Shown here: piece after piece, positions 35,567-45,076 of the stretch
How the letters are laid out: every line of letters starts with the position of its first letter
How positions within the stretch are numbered: position 1 is the stretch's first letter
Source: Myxococcota bacterium
GTDB taxonomy: Bacteria; Myxococcota_A; UBA9160; UBA6930
NCBI GenBank assembly: GCA_965223415.1
Contig: OZ245002.1
Location: 5,120,001 to 5,184,000, forward strand
Direction of reading: 5' to 3'
Length of the DNA stretch: 64,000 nucleotides
Notes under the pieces: generated by a model
Databases searched by the model: none
Told to the model about the DNA's origin: nothing
Seen by the model: only the letters and a program-made list of their open reading frames with translations
Position numbers and translations under genes: made by a program

Positions 35567-36651
35567 GCCGCTGGATCGTCACCGGCGGTGCGGGCTTCAT
35601 CGGCTCGAACTTCGTGCGCCACGTGCTGGGGGAGACCGACGCCCGGGTGGTGGTGGTCGACAAGCTCACCTACGCGGGCAACCTCCAGAGCCTGCGCGAT
35701 CTGGCCGACGATCCGCGCTTCGCCTTCGAGGAGGCGGACGTCGCCGACCGCGAGGCGATGGACGCGCTGTTCGCCCGGGAGCGGCCGGCGGTGGTGGTGA
35801 ACTTCGCCGCCGAGACCCACGTCGATCGCTCGATCGACGGCCCGGTGGAGTTCGTGCACACGAACGTGCTCGGCACGCTGCAGCTGCTCGAGGCCGCCCG
35901 CGCCCACGCGGCCAGCCTGCCCTCTTCGGAGCGGGAGGCCTTCCGCTTCCTCCAGATCTCCACCGACGAGGTCTACGGCTCGCTCGGGGCCGAGGGGCTC
36001 TTCCGCGAGGACACGCCCTTCGCGCCGAACTCGCCCTACTCCGCCTCCAAGGCCGGCGCCGACCATCTGGTGCGGGCCTACCATGTGACCTACGGCCTGC
36101 CCACGCTGCTCACCCACTGCTCCAACAACTACGGGCCCTACCAGTTCCCGGAGAAGCTGATCCCGCTGATGATCCTGAACGCCCTCGAGGGCAAGCCCCT
36201 GCCGATCTACGGCGACGGGCTCCAGGTGCGGGACTGGCTCTTCGTCGAGGACCACTGCCGCGCCCTGCTGCGCATCCTCGAGGCCGCGGCGCCCGGTGCC
36301 CACTACAACATCGGGGGCCGGGCGGAGCACACGAACCTGGAGATCGTGGACCGGCTGTGCGAGACGCTCGAGGCGGCCCACCCGGCCGCGGACGATCCAG
36401 TGCTGCGCGGGCGGGACGTGGAGCGCTACGAGAGCCTCAAGACCTTCGTGGAGGACCGGCCCGGCCACGATCGCCGCTACGCCATCGACGACCGACGCCT
36501 GCGCGAGGAGCTGGGCTGGGCGCCGAGCCTCGACCTGGCGACGGGCCTGGAGCGCACGGTCGCCTGGTACCTGGCGCACCGGGAGTGGTGCGAGGCGGTG
36601 CAGACGGGCAGCTACCGCCGGGAGCGGCTCGGGCTCGCGCCGGGCTCCTAG
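35563..36651 (+). CDS. rfbB: dTDP-glucose 4,6-dehydratase
   Basis: [54 protein letters not shown]. Confidence 0.96.
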   Translation: MSRWIVTGGAGFIGSNFVRHVLGETDARVVVVDKLTYAGNLQSLRDLADDPRFAFEEADVADREAMDALFARERPAVVVNFAAETHVDRSIDGPVEFVHTNVLGTLQLLEAARAHAASLPSSEREAFRFLQISTDEVYGSLGAEGLFREDTPFAPNSPYSASKAGADHLVRAYHVTYGLPTLLTHCSNNYGPYQFPEKLIPLMILNALEGKPLPIYGDGLQVRDWLFVEDHCRALLRILEAAAPGAHYNIGGRAEHTNLEIVDRLCETLEAAHPAADDPVLRGRDVERYESLKTFVEDRPGHDRRYAIDDRRLREELGWAPSLDLATGLERTVAWYLAHREWCEAVQTGSYRRERLGLAPGS

Positions 36652-36657
36652 GCGCCG

Positions 36658-36828
36658 CTAGCGGGCCGCGAGAGCGGTCGGGGCGCGCAAGCCCGCCTGG
36701 TCGGCGGCGATCCGGGCCGAGAGGCACGAGCGGCAGATGCCGTGGCTCGCGGCCGGGCTGGCCTCGGGGACGATCCGGGGATCGGGCCGGGCCGTGATCG
36801 TCGTTTCACACCATGCGCAGACAACCAT
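36658..36828 (-). CDS. Small putative zinc-binding protein (56 aa)
   Basis: MVVCAWC...SHGICRSC (CxxC..HxxCxxC). Confidence 0.6.
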   Translation of the reverse strand: MVVCAWCETTITARPDPRIVPEASPAASHGICRSCLSARIAADQAGLRAPTALAAR

Positions 36829-37225
36829 CTCATCAGGGAAGTGGCCCGCCGGCCCCGGAGGTGGCAAACAAATCCCGGGATCGGGATGTCCCGGATCCGG
36901 GACGCGCCGAGGCGATCCTTGGTGATGTGAAACACACCCACTCGAGCCTTCCCCTCGGGAGACTCGCGTCGGCTGGGGCCTCTCCTCCCGCCACTGCGCG
37001 TGCGTGAGGCGGCAGGCCCGGTGCAGCCTGCTCCCCGACTGCTCCCCTCCTGCGCGCTGCCGGACCGCTCCGGGTCCCAGGCTCAGGAATCTTCCGGGTT
37101 CGGGCCGGATCGGCAGGAACGCGCCGAAGCCCCCGGCAGGGCTGGGCTTTGGTGTGCCCAGGGCGCGTCGGCACGGGCCTTGAAGTACCCCGGCCTTCCC
37201 GGAACCCGCCGGAGGTGGACCCCCC

Positions 37226-38353
37226 ATGCCCGAGCCCACCGTCCTCTTCGTGGACGATGAGGTGAACATCCTGAAGGCGCTCCAGCGCCTGCTCCGCCAC
37301 GAAGGCTGGACGGTGCTCACCGCTTCGCGCGGCGAGGAGGCCCTCGGCCTCCTGGACCAGCATCCGGCCCAGGTCGTCGTCTCCGATCAGCGCATGCCCG
37401 AGATGAGCGGCGTCGAGCTGCTCTCGCAGATCCGCGAGCGCTACCCGGCGATCGTGCGGATGATGCTCACCGGCTACACGGAAATGAACGTCGCCGTGGA
37501 CGCGATCAACCAGGGCGAGATCTTCCGTCTGATCACGAAGCCGTGGAACGACGAGGAGCTCAAGGCCACGCTGCGCCAGGCCTTCGACCACTTCGCCCTG
37601 AAGAACGAGATCAAACGCCTCAACCAGGTGACCCGCGAGCAGAACCTGCGCCTCCAGGACATGAACCGGAACCTGGAGGGAAAGGTCCGCGAGCGCACCA
37701 AGCAGGTGGCGGAGAAGCACCAGGAGCTGCGCATCGCCTACGTGCAGACGATCCGCGCGCTGGCGGAGGCGGTGGACGCCAAGGACGCCTACACGCGCGG
37801 CCACTCGGAGCGGGTCGGGGTGTATGCCTCGAAGATGGGCAGGGAGCTCGGGCTTCCGAAGGAGGTCATCGAGCGGGTCTACATCTCGGGGCTGCTGCAC
37901 GACGTCGGCAAGATCGGCGTGCGGGATGCGGTCATCACCAAGCCCGACCGGCTCACGCCCGAGGAGTACGAGGAGATCAAGCAGCACCCGGAGATCGGGG
38001 CGCGAATTCTCCAGCCGGTGGCGTTCCTGTCCGATGTGGTGGCCTGCGTGCGCCACCACCACGAGTGGTACGACGGCTGCGAGCGGGGCTACCCCGACCA
38101 GCTGAACGGAGACGCGATTCCCCTCCCCTCGCGCATCATCATCGTCGCGGACACGGTCGAGGCCATGACCAGCGACCGACCCTACCGCACCGGGCTCGAG
38201 CTCGAAGCGGTGGTGCGGGAGCTCGTGAAGTACTCCGGCTCCCAGTTCGATCCCCGCTGCGTGGACGTGATGCTGCGGCTGCTCGAGGCCGAGGGCGAGT
38301 CGTTCATCAAGAAGGACCAGAAGTTCGACATCCATGCCTTCCTCGAAGTCTGA
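37226..38353 (+). CDS. Response regulator with an HD-GYP c-di-GMP phosphodiesterase domain (RpfG-like)
   Basis: LFVDDE, SDQRMP, KPW; YTRGHSERV, LHDVGK, HHEWYDG..GYP, DRPYR. Confidence 0.95.
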   Translation: MPEPTVLFVDDEVNILKALQRLLRHEGWTVLTASRGEEALGLLDQHPAQVVVSDQRMPEMSGVELLSQIRERYPAIVRMMLTGYTEMNVAVDAINQGEIFRLITKPWNDEELKATLRQAFDHFALKNEIKRLNQVTREQNLRLQDMNRNLEGKVRERTKQVAEKHQELRIAYVQTIRALAEAVDAKDAYTRGHSERVGVYASKMGRELGLPKEVIERVYISGLLHDVGKIGVRDAVITKPDRLTPEEYEEIKQHPEIGARILQPVAFLSDVVACVRHHHEWYDGCERGYPDQLNGDAIPLPSRIIIVADTVEAMTSDRPYRTGLELEAVVRELVKYSGSQFDPRCVDVMLRLLEAEGESFIKKDQKFDIHAFLEV

Positions 38354-39374
38354 TCGCGAAGTGCGGGGCGGGATCCGGCTCCTGTCCCAGGAGCTGGCCG
38401 CCCTCGGCGTGGACCTGCACGCGACGTTGCAGGAGGAGCCGCGCTTCCTGCTGGACCAGCGGCTGCTGGGCGCCCTGCACCAGGAGCTGTTCGCCCAGCT
38501 CGGCCCCGTCGATGCGCGGGCGGCGCTGGTGCAAATGGGCTTCCTGCACGGGTTGCGGGACGCGCTGCGGCTGGTGGCCCGGGGCTTCGGCGCCTCGGCG
38601 TCCCATGCGGCGGGCCTGCCGACCAACGCGCGGCTCGCGATCCGCTTCGCGCGGGCGCCGAGCGGCGGCGGCCTGCTCGTGCAGGGGAGCTGGCCGGAGC
38701 GACACGAGGCCGACGCGGTACGCGCGGTGCTGGGCCTGCGCGGAGAGCCGGCCTGCGCGGTCAGCGCCGGGTTCACCTCCGGATGGCTCTCGGGCATCTA
38801 CGACACGGATCTCCTCGCCTTCGAGACGACCTGCCGCGCCAGCGGCGAACGCGAGTGCAGCTTCCAGGCCCGGGACGCCTCCCAGTGGCATCGCGGGGAC
38901 GACCCGGCCGTGGAGGAGGCTCTCCTCGCCCTCCCTTTCCAGCCCCTGCGCGACGTCGTCGCGCGGCACATGGCCGAGCACGAGATCGCCGACCCGTACG
39001 ATGGCGACGCGTTCGAGCCCGGGGCCGCCATCGTGCACGTCTGGGGCCCGGTGATGGTGATCCCCTTCTCGGGCCCCGAAGAGTCGCTGCGCGCCCTCGA
39101 GCTGATCGGCCGCGATCCCGGCGCCCGCGACGTGCGGGTGGTCGTGATCGATCTCTCCGGCGCCATCATCGACGAGGGCTTCGGCGCCGCCGCCCTCGAG
39201 CAGCTCCTCGAGGCCGTCGCGGGCTGGGGCGCCGAGCCGATCCTCGCCGGCGTGTCGCCCCTCTCGGAGCCCGTCGTCGCCGGCCTCGAAGCCTCCCACC
39301 TCGTCGTCTCGAAGGACCTCCCCGATGCCATTGCCCTCGCCTTCCAGGTCGCCGACCTCCAACGCCGCGCCTAG
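38334..39374 (+). CDS. V4R (4VR) sensor plus STAS domain protein
   Basis: EPAC..SAGFTSGWLS..ETTCRASGERECSF; VMVIP, VVIDLSG, ILAGVSP RsbR-like STAS. Confidence 0.8.
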   Translation: MPSSKSDREVRGGIRLLSQELAALGVDLHATLQEEPRFLLDQRLLGALHQELFAQLGPVDARAALVQMGFLHGLRDALRLVARGFGASASHAAGLPTNARLAIRFARAPSGGGLLVQGSWPERHEADAVRAVLGLRGEPACAVSAGFTSGWLSGIYDTDLLAFETTCRASGERECSFQARDASQWHRGDDPAVEEALLALPFQPLRDVVARHMAEHEIADPYDGDAFEPGAAIVHVWGPVMVIPFSGPEESLRALELIGRDPGARDVRVVVIDLSGAIIDEGFGAAALEQLLEAVAGWGAEPILAGVSPLSEPVVAGLEASHLVVSKDLPDAIALAFQVADLQRRA

Positions 39375-39381
39375 CCCCGAA

Positions 39382-39455
39382 AACGCAAGAACGGGGACGT
39401 TCCTTGCAACTTGCGCAATTGCGCAAGTTGCAAGGAACGTCCCCGTTCTTGCGTT
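39382..39455. repeat. Perfect 74-bp palindrome, REP-like, with GGGGACGTTCCT core
   Basis: AACGCAAGAACGGGGACGTTCCTTGCAACTTGCGCAA followed directly by its exact reverse complement. Confidence 0.97.
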
Positions 39456-39466
39456 CTGACTGCGGG

Positions 39467-39492
39467 TCAAGTCCTGGGGCGGTTCGCCCGAA
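39467..39492 (+). promoter_or_regulatory. Sigma28/FliA-like promoter TCAAG-N15-CCCGAA
   Basis: Ends 9 nt before ATG 39502; same spacing as the two other copies. Confidence 0.5.
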
Positions 39493-39501
39493 AGCGGGGC
39501 G

Positions 39502-40977
39502 ATGGCCTCCCTTGCCGACACGCCCCTGCCCCGGTTGCTGGTGGAGCTCCACCGTCAGGGCTTCGAGGGGTGGGTGAGCCTCGAGCGGGGGAACCTGCGG
39601 CGGCGCGTGCAGTGGCAGGGCGGCGTGCCCACGCGGCTGGACTCGACCGCCGAAGCCGATGCCCTGGTCGAGCGGCTGATCGCGCGCGGCCTCGTGGGCG
39701 AGGACGCGCGCACCAAGGTGCGCCGCGAGCTGGCGCGCAAGGCGGCCCCGGAGCTGGCGGTGCTCGTCGGCCTCAAGCTCGCCCCGCCGAGGGAGCTGCT
39801 GGCGGCCGTGGGCGACCAGCTGCGCACCTGCCTGCTGGACGCCATGACCTGGGAGACGGGCAGCGTGAGCTTCGAGCCGGCGTCGGGCAGTGAAGGTGCG
39901 CCGGCGGCCGCCCCGGTGGACGTGCTGGCGATCGCCGCGGAAGGCGTGGCCCGCCACTGGCGGGCCGACCAGGTGCTCCAGGGCCTGGGCGACCGGGTGA
40001 CCCAGTTCCCCGCCGCCGGCGACACCCTGGACGACCTGCGCGGACGGCTCCCCACGAGCCCCGCCGTCGTGGACCTGCTCGAGAACCTCGGCAGCGGCGA
40101 GTCCGCCTTCAATCTCCTGCGCCGTGTCAACGATCCCCTCGCCCACGGCACGCTGTGGCTGCTCGACGCGTGCGGCGCCCTCGAGTGGAGCGCCATGCCG
40201 CCGGAACGGGAGGAGCCGGAGGAAGCGGAGAGCGACGACTTCGCGCAGACCGAGCTGGAGATCATCGTCGCCGACACGCCGGCCGGCAGCGACGAAGCCA
40301 GCGCAGCTCGCGCGACGGCCGAGGCCTCCTCCGCCACCGACGCCAAGGCCGAGACGCTCCGGACGGAGATCCTCAAGCTCTACGACCAGCTCCAGGACCT
40401 CGACTACTGGGCCCTGCTGGGCGTCGACCGGGACGCCCCGGCGCCGAAGATCAAGAAGGCCTACCTCAAGGCCGCCAAGCGCCTGCACCCGGACAAGGTC
40501 TCCCAGGCCGGCCTCGAGGACGTGAAGGACGCCGCCAACGAGCTCTTCGCGGAGATCACCCGCGCCCATCAGGTGCTCACCGATCCCGACGAGCGCCGCG
40601 CCTACGAGGCCTCCCTCGAGGGCCACACCACCTTCGACGCGGACCGGCTCGGCCAGGCCGAGGCGCTCTTCCGCAAGGGCGAGATCATGATGAAGGCGGG
40701 CAGCTTCCGGGAGGCCCACGAGCTTCTCGAAGCCGCCGTCTCGCTCTGGCCGGAGGAGGCCGACTACCAGGCCGCCCTCGCCTGGACGCTCTTCAAGAAG
40801 ACCCCGCCGGAGGACGCCCGCGCCATCGAGCACTTCGAGAAGGCGCTCTCCCTGAACGAAGACGACGCGGTCATCCACGCGCGCTTCGCCCTCGTCCTCA
40901 AGGCGAACGGCGAGGCGGACCGGGCTGCCAGCGAGAGCGCCCGGGCCCAGGCCCTCGACCCCCAGGTCAAGGTCTAG
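39502..40977 (+). CDS. DUF4388-like N-terminal domain, DnaJ domain and TPR protein
   Basis: LADTPLPRLL.EL..G N-terminus; DYWALLGV..IKKAY...LHPDK J-domain; C-terminal TPRs. Confidence 0.88.
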   Translation: MASLADTPLPRLLVELHRQGFEGWVSLERGNLRRRVQWQGGVPTRLDSTAEADALVERLIARGLVGEDARTKVRRELARKAAPELAVLVGLKLAPPRELLAAVGDQLRTCLLDAMTWETGSVSFEPASGSEGAPAAAPVDVLAIAAEGVARHWRADQVLQGLGDRVTQFPAAGDTLDDLRGRLPTSPAVVDLLENLGSGESAFNLLRRVNDPLAHGTLWLLDACGALEWSAMPPEREEPEEAESDDFAQTELEIIVADTPAGSDEASAARATAEASSATDAKAETLRTEILKLYDQLQDLDYWALLGVDRDAPAPKIKKAYLKAAKRLHPDKVSQAGLEDVKDAANELFAEITRAHQVLTDPDERRAYEASLEGHTTFDADRLGQAEALFRKGEIMMKAGSFREAHELLEAAVSLWPEEADYQAALAWTLFKKTPPEDARAIEHFEKALSLNEDDAVIHARFALVLKANGEADRAASESARAQALDPQVKV

Positions 40978-41887
40978 GCGCCCCCGCCTCGAGCCACCTC
41001 CGCAGGGCGCGATCGGCGACCACCACGATCGCCTGCGGGTCCCGGGCCACGTTCCGCAGCTCCGGCACGAGGAAGCCCAGGGGCTCGCCGTCCGGCCGGC
41101 GCCAGAAGATGCGCGCGACCCGGTCCCCGGCCCGCAGCCACGGTCCGCGCAGCCCGGTGCTGCGCGCCAGGGGCCGGAAGCCGTCGACCGCCTCCGTGCG
41201 CCAGCGAGCCACGGCCACGCGTCGCCGCAGGGAGCCCGACGGGAGCGCGTAGAGGGCGCGCAGCCCCGGTGCCCGCAGCCGGCCGCCCCGCCGTACGTTG
41301 CGCCCGATCCGGCGAATCGCCTCCGGCGCCGCCACCATCGGCCCCTCGCCGGCACGGGCGTGCCCCGCAAAGCCGAGGGCATGGCCCAGCTCGTGGACCA
41401 GGGCGCCGAGGCGCTCGTCCGGAGAGAGGGGACGGAAGTGGCCGCGCCAGTCCGGGCCCACGCGGCGCGCGATCTCCACGCGCGCGCGGTCGAGTACCAG
41501 GGCGCCGGGCCCGTCGCGACGGCAATCCGCGGTGGCGAGGCCCACGCCGAGGGCGCCCGCATCTCGCTCCGGCGGCTCGTCGCGGAAGCGCACCCGCAGC
41601 GGCGCGGCGTCCTCCTCGTCGGGCGCCTCCATGCGGAGCTCCAGGGCGAGGCCCACCTGGCTCCACGCCTCGAGGGCACGGGCCAGGTCGGCTCGCTCGT
41701 CGCGGGTCGGCGCGCCGTCGAGCGCCACCGCCAGGCTCGCCCCGTCGGGCCAGCGACAGGTGCGCAGGGCGACGCTGCCGTCCTCCGCCCACACCACCGG
41801 GTGCAGCCCTGCCAGCGGGTCCCGCGGCCCGACACAGCCCGCGAGTACCACCGCGAACACCACCGCCCGGCCCGCGTGCCCGGTCAT
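40967..41887 (-). CDS. Lipoprotein zinc metalloprotease (matrixin/metzincin-like)
   Basis: VVLAGC lipobox, HELGHALGFAGH, downstream Met. Alternative starts at 41923 and 41959 because of the tandem repeat. Confidence 0.8.
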   Translation of the reverse strand: MTGHAGRAVVFAVVLAGCVGPRDPLAGLHPVVWAEDGSVALRTCRWPDGASLAVALDGAPTRDERADLARALEAWSQVGLALELRMEAPDEEDAAPLRVRFRDEPPERDAGALGVGLATADCRRDGPGALVLDRARVEIARRVGPDWRGHFRPLSPDERLGALVHELGHALGFAGHARAGEGPMVAAPEAIRRIGRNVRRGGRLRAPGLRALYALPSGSLRRRVAVARWRTEAVDGFRPLARSTGLRGPWLRAGDRVARIFWRRPDGEPLGFLVPELRNVARDPQAIVVVADRALRRWLEAGAPRP

Positions 41888-41974
41888 CAACGGGCGGCCC
41901 GCCCGGCCCACGCGCCCGGTCATCAACGGGCGGCCCGCCCGGCCCGCGTGCCCGGTCAAACGGCGGCCCGCCCG
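41865..41974. repeat. 36-bp tandem repeat (about 3 copies) spanning the MFS stop and protease start
   Basis: GCCCGGCCCGCGTGCCCGGTCATCAACGGGCGGCCC-type units at 41865, 41901 and 41937. Confidence 0.9.
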
Positions 41975-43122
41975 TCCCAGGCGTAGAACACCGCCGTCCC
42001 CAGCAGGACCAGCCCAGCGGCGGCGAGGAACATCACCGCGAAGCCGCGCAGCTCGATCCACAGGCCGAAGAAGGGCCCGCCAAGCAGCACGCCCAGGTCG
42101 AAGAGCGCGGTGTACACGGCCATGGCCATGCCGCGGTTGGATTCCGGCGTGCGGCTGACGACGAGGCCGAACAGGATCGGGAAGGCGTAGCCGTGGCCGA
42201 TGCCGCAGAGCACGCCGCCGACGACGACGTCGCGATCGCTCGATGCCTGGCTCAGCCAGACGAAGCCCGCCGCCAGGGCCAGCAGCGCCGGCAGCAGCAC
42301 GCGCTTGGGACCGATGCGATCCGGCAGCCAGCCGAAGAACACGCGCAGGAAGAGCGCCGCCACCGTGTAGGCCGTGAAGAACGAGCCCACGCTCCCGATG
42401 CCCGTCTCGTCGACGAAGCGACGGGTGAAGACGAAGAGCGCCGTCACCGCAATCGAGAACGCGGCGCCGACCTGCCAGAGGGGAACCAGGTCCCGCTGGG
42501 CCAGGGCCGCCCGCAGCCCGGCCGGCGGCTCGTCTGCCGCGCCGTCGGCCCCCCGGCGCGCCTGCCAGCGCTCGGGGAGCGCCAGGGAGACGAGCAGCGA
42601 GAGCAGCGCCAGGCCCAGGGCCACCTGGAAGAGTGCGTCGAAGCCGCGCACCTCCAGCAGCGCATCCCCGAGCACGCCCCCCACCGACATCGGCAGCATG
42701 CCCGAGACGCCGAACCAGGCCAGGCCCTGGGTGCGGCCCCGGGCCGGCACGTGGTCCGCCGCGTAGGTGAACAGCGCCGAGAACAGCATCGCCTCGGCCA
42801 GGCCGTGGAGCACGCGCACCGCGTAGAGGAAGGGACCGATCTGGTCCACCGCCAGGTAGAGCCCGACCACCGCCGCGTGCAGCACCCCACCCAGCACGAT
42901 CAGGGGGCGCCGGCCGCGCCGGTCCATGGCCCGGCCGATGGGCGGGCGCAGGGCGATCGCCGCCACGGCCGTGATGCCGGAGATCCAACCGATCTCCACG
43001 TCTCCCGCCCCCAGATCATGGAGATAGCCCGGAAAGTGGAGAAACAGGTTGAAGGCCACGCCCTGGAGCAGGTTCGCCCAGAAGCACAGCCAGAAGGCGC
43101 GGGAGGCGAGCCCCTCCGCCAC
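41956..43122 (-). CDS. MFS transporter
   Basis: GRAMDRRGRR and GWLPDRIGPKR motif A copies, about 12 TMs. Confidence 0.9.
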   Translation of the reverse strand: MAEGLASRAFWLCFWANLLQGVAFNLFLHFPGYLHDLGAGDVEIGWISGITAVAAIALRPPIGRAMDRRGRRPLIVLGGVLHAAVVGLYLAVDQIGPFLYAVRVLHGLAEAMLFSALFTYAADHVPARGRTQGLAWFGVSGMLPMSVGGVLGDALLEVRGFDALFQVALGLALLSLLVSLALPERWQARRGADGAADEPPAGLRAALAQRDLVPLWQVGAAFSIAVTALFVFTRRFVDETGIGSVGSFFTAYTVAALFLRVFFGWLPDRIGPKRVLLPALLALAAGFVWLSQASSDRDVVVGGVLCGIGHGYAFPILFGLVVSRTPESNRGMAMAVYTALFDLGVLLGGPFFGLWIELRGFAVMFLAAAGLVLLGTAVFYAWDGRAAV

Positions 43123-43124
43123 CC

Positions 43125-45035
43125 CTAGAGGCCCTGGATCACGAGGTCGATAGAGGCGTCGGTGGGGAAGCCGAAGATGCGGCCGTAGAAGGACAGCTCG
43201 GACTCCAGGGCGCGGCGGATGTTCTCCGCGGCCCGGAAGCCGTGCCCCTCGCCGGGGAAGGTGACATGGGCGTGGGGGATGGCGCGGGCGGCCAGCGCTT
43301 TCACCATCGCCTCGGCCTGGTTGGGCGGAACGATCGGATCCTCCATCCCCTGCAGGAAGATCACCGGACAGGAGAGTCGATCCGCCGCGTGAATCGGGGA
43401 GCGGGCGCGATAACGCTCGCGCTCCTGCGGGTAAGGGCCGACCAGGCGGTCCAGGTAGCGCGACTCGAACTTGTGGGTGTCTCGGGCCAGCGTCTCGAGA
43501 TCGCCGATGCCGTAGTGGCTCGCGCCGGCGCCGAAGACGTCGCGAAATGTCAGGGCACACAACGTGGTGTAGCCGCCAGCACTGCCGCCGGTGATGGCGA
43601 GCCGCGCCGGGTCCGCGACGCCTTCACGGCCGGCGAAGGCCGCCGCCTCGCAGCAATCGTCCACGTCGGCGAGGCCCCAGGCGCCCCGCAAGGCGTTTCG
43701 ATAGGCGCGGCCGTAGCCCGTGCTTCCGGCGTAGTTCACGTCCAGGACCGCGAACCCGCGGCTGGTCCAATACTGGATGCCGAAACGCAGGGCCGGCCCG
43801 GTGGCCGCGGTCGGGCCGCCGTGGCTCTTCACGAGCAGCGGCGGCGCGGCGCCCTCCGGACCCCGCGTCTCCGGATGGGTCGGCCGGTAGAGGAAGGCGT
43901 GGGCCTCCCGCCCGTCCGCCGAGGGGAAGCGAAGGGCCTCGGCCACGCTCCAGAGCGCCGGGTCCGCCCCGGCCACGTCGAAGGCGCTGGCCAGCTCGTC
44001 GAGGTTCCCGTCGTCCAGGTCGAGCCGGCAGACCGTGGAGGCCCGGCTCGGGCTCCCACCCAGGAAGACCGCCTGCCGCCCCTCGACCCGGAGGCCCTCG
44101 AGCTCGTTGAAGGGCGTCGGCAGCGGCACGCGATCGCCGGTAGCGACGTCGACGCGCACCAGCTCGTCACCGGCCTCCCCGCTCCGAATGCACAGCAGCC
44201 GCTCTTCGCCCTCGAAGTCGTAGCTCGACAGGCCGAACACCCAGAGCGGGCGCCCGTACTCCGCCGCCTCAGGGCACACGGGGGTGGGCCCGCCTTGGCG
44301 GAGCTGCTCGACGTTCCACCAGCCGGAGCGGTCGCTGATCCAGGTGAGCACGCCGCCGGGCGAGTAGCGGGGCTGGAAGATGGATTCGTCCGGGCCACCC
44401 GCCACCTGGCGCGGCGCGCCCGCGGGCCCCTCCGGCCCCCAGCCGATCACGAGCAGGTCCGTGCCGTCCCAGGGCATGTTCGGGTGGTCCCAGGCCAGGC
44501 AGGCGAGCTGGTCGCCCCGGGGCGAGAAGGCCGGCATGGCGACGAAGTCCCGGTCGGCCACGAGCTGGCAGCGGGTGCCCGCCGCCAGGTCGAAGGCCAC
44601 CAGGCGGTTGCTGGGCTCGCCGCCTTCGCGGGCGCACTCCTCCACCGCCACGAGAAAGCGGCCGTCCGGCGAGCCGACCAAGTCCGCATGCCGGGCCCCG
44701 GGGCGGGTGCCGGCGACGGGCCGCTCGCCAAGGCGACGGATGCCGTCCTCGCCCAGCACCACGTAGGCGACGCTGTCGCCGACGAGGCCGTAGTCGCCGC
44801 CGCCGTACTCGTGGACCCGGCTGCGGACGTTCTCGCTCTCCGGCGTGAGCGGTGCCGGGGCGCGGCCCGGCTCGGCCACCATCAGCTGCTGGCGCCCACC
44901 CTCCTCCGGCCGGCCCTCGATCCAGAGGACGCGGCCCCGTTGGAGCCGCGGCTGGCCGAGGCGCTTCGCGGCCCGGGCGAGCCGATCGGCGGACAGCGGC
45001 GACTTCCAGGAGCCGTAGGGTGCGGTGCGGGCCAT
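43125..45035 (-). CDS. S9 prolyl oligopeptidase / acylaminoacyl peptidase
   Basis: APYGSWKSP, VHEYGGG, HGGPT, GGSAGG, D..VPPNQA, GEGHGFR. Confidence 0.95.
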   Translation of the reverse strand: MARTAPYGSWKSPLSADRLARAAKRLGQPRLQRGRVLWIEGRPEEGGRQQLMVAEPGRAPAPLTPESENVRSRVHEYGGGDYGLVGDSVAYVVLGEDGIRRLGERPVAGTRPGARHADLVGSPDGRFLVAVEECAREGGEPSNRLVAFDLAAGTRCQLVADRDFVAMPAFSPRGDQLACLAWDHPNMPWDGTDLLVIGWGPEGPAGAPRQVAGGPDESIFQPRYSPGGVLTWISDRSGWWNVEQLRQGGPTPVCPEAAEYGRPLWVFGLSSYDFEGEERLLCIRSGEAGDELVRVDVATGDRVPLPTPFNELEGLRVEGRQAVFLGGSPSRASTVCRLDLDDGNLDELASAFDVAGADPALWSVAEALRFPSADGREAHAFLYRPTHPETRGPEGAAPPLLVKSHGGPTAATGPALRFGIQYWTSRGFAVLDVNYAGSTGYGRAYRNALRGAWGLADVDDCCEAAAFAGREGVADPARLAITGGSAGGYTTLCALTFRDVFGAGASHYGIGDLETLARDTHKFESRYLDRLVGPYPQERERYRARSPIHAADRLSCPVIFLQGMEDPIVPPNQAEAMVKALAARAIPHAHVTFPGEGHGFRAAENIRRALESELSFYGRIFGFPTDASIDLVIQGL

Positions 45036-45076
45036 GGCCGTCGACTACTGTACCGACCCATGACCGAGCCGGGCCC

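Noticed and set aside
26556..41974. Short tandem repeats (26556, 41865; also 19213) as a possible CRISPR array
   Set aside because: The units are contiguous without unique spacers, there are at most three copies, and no cas genes are present.
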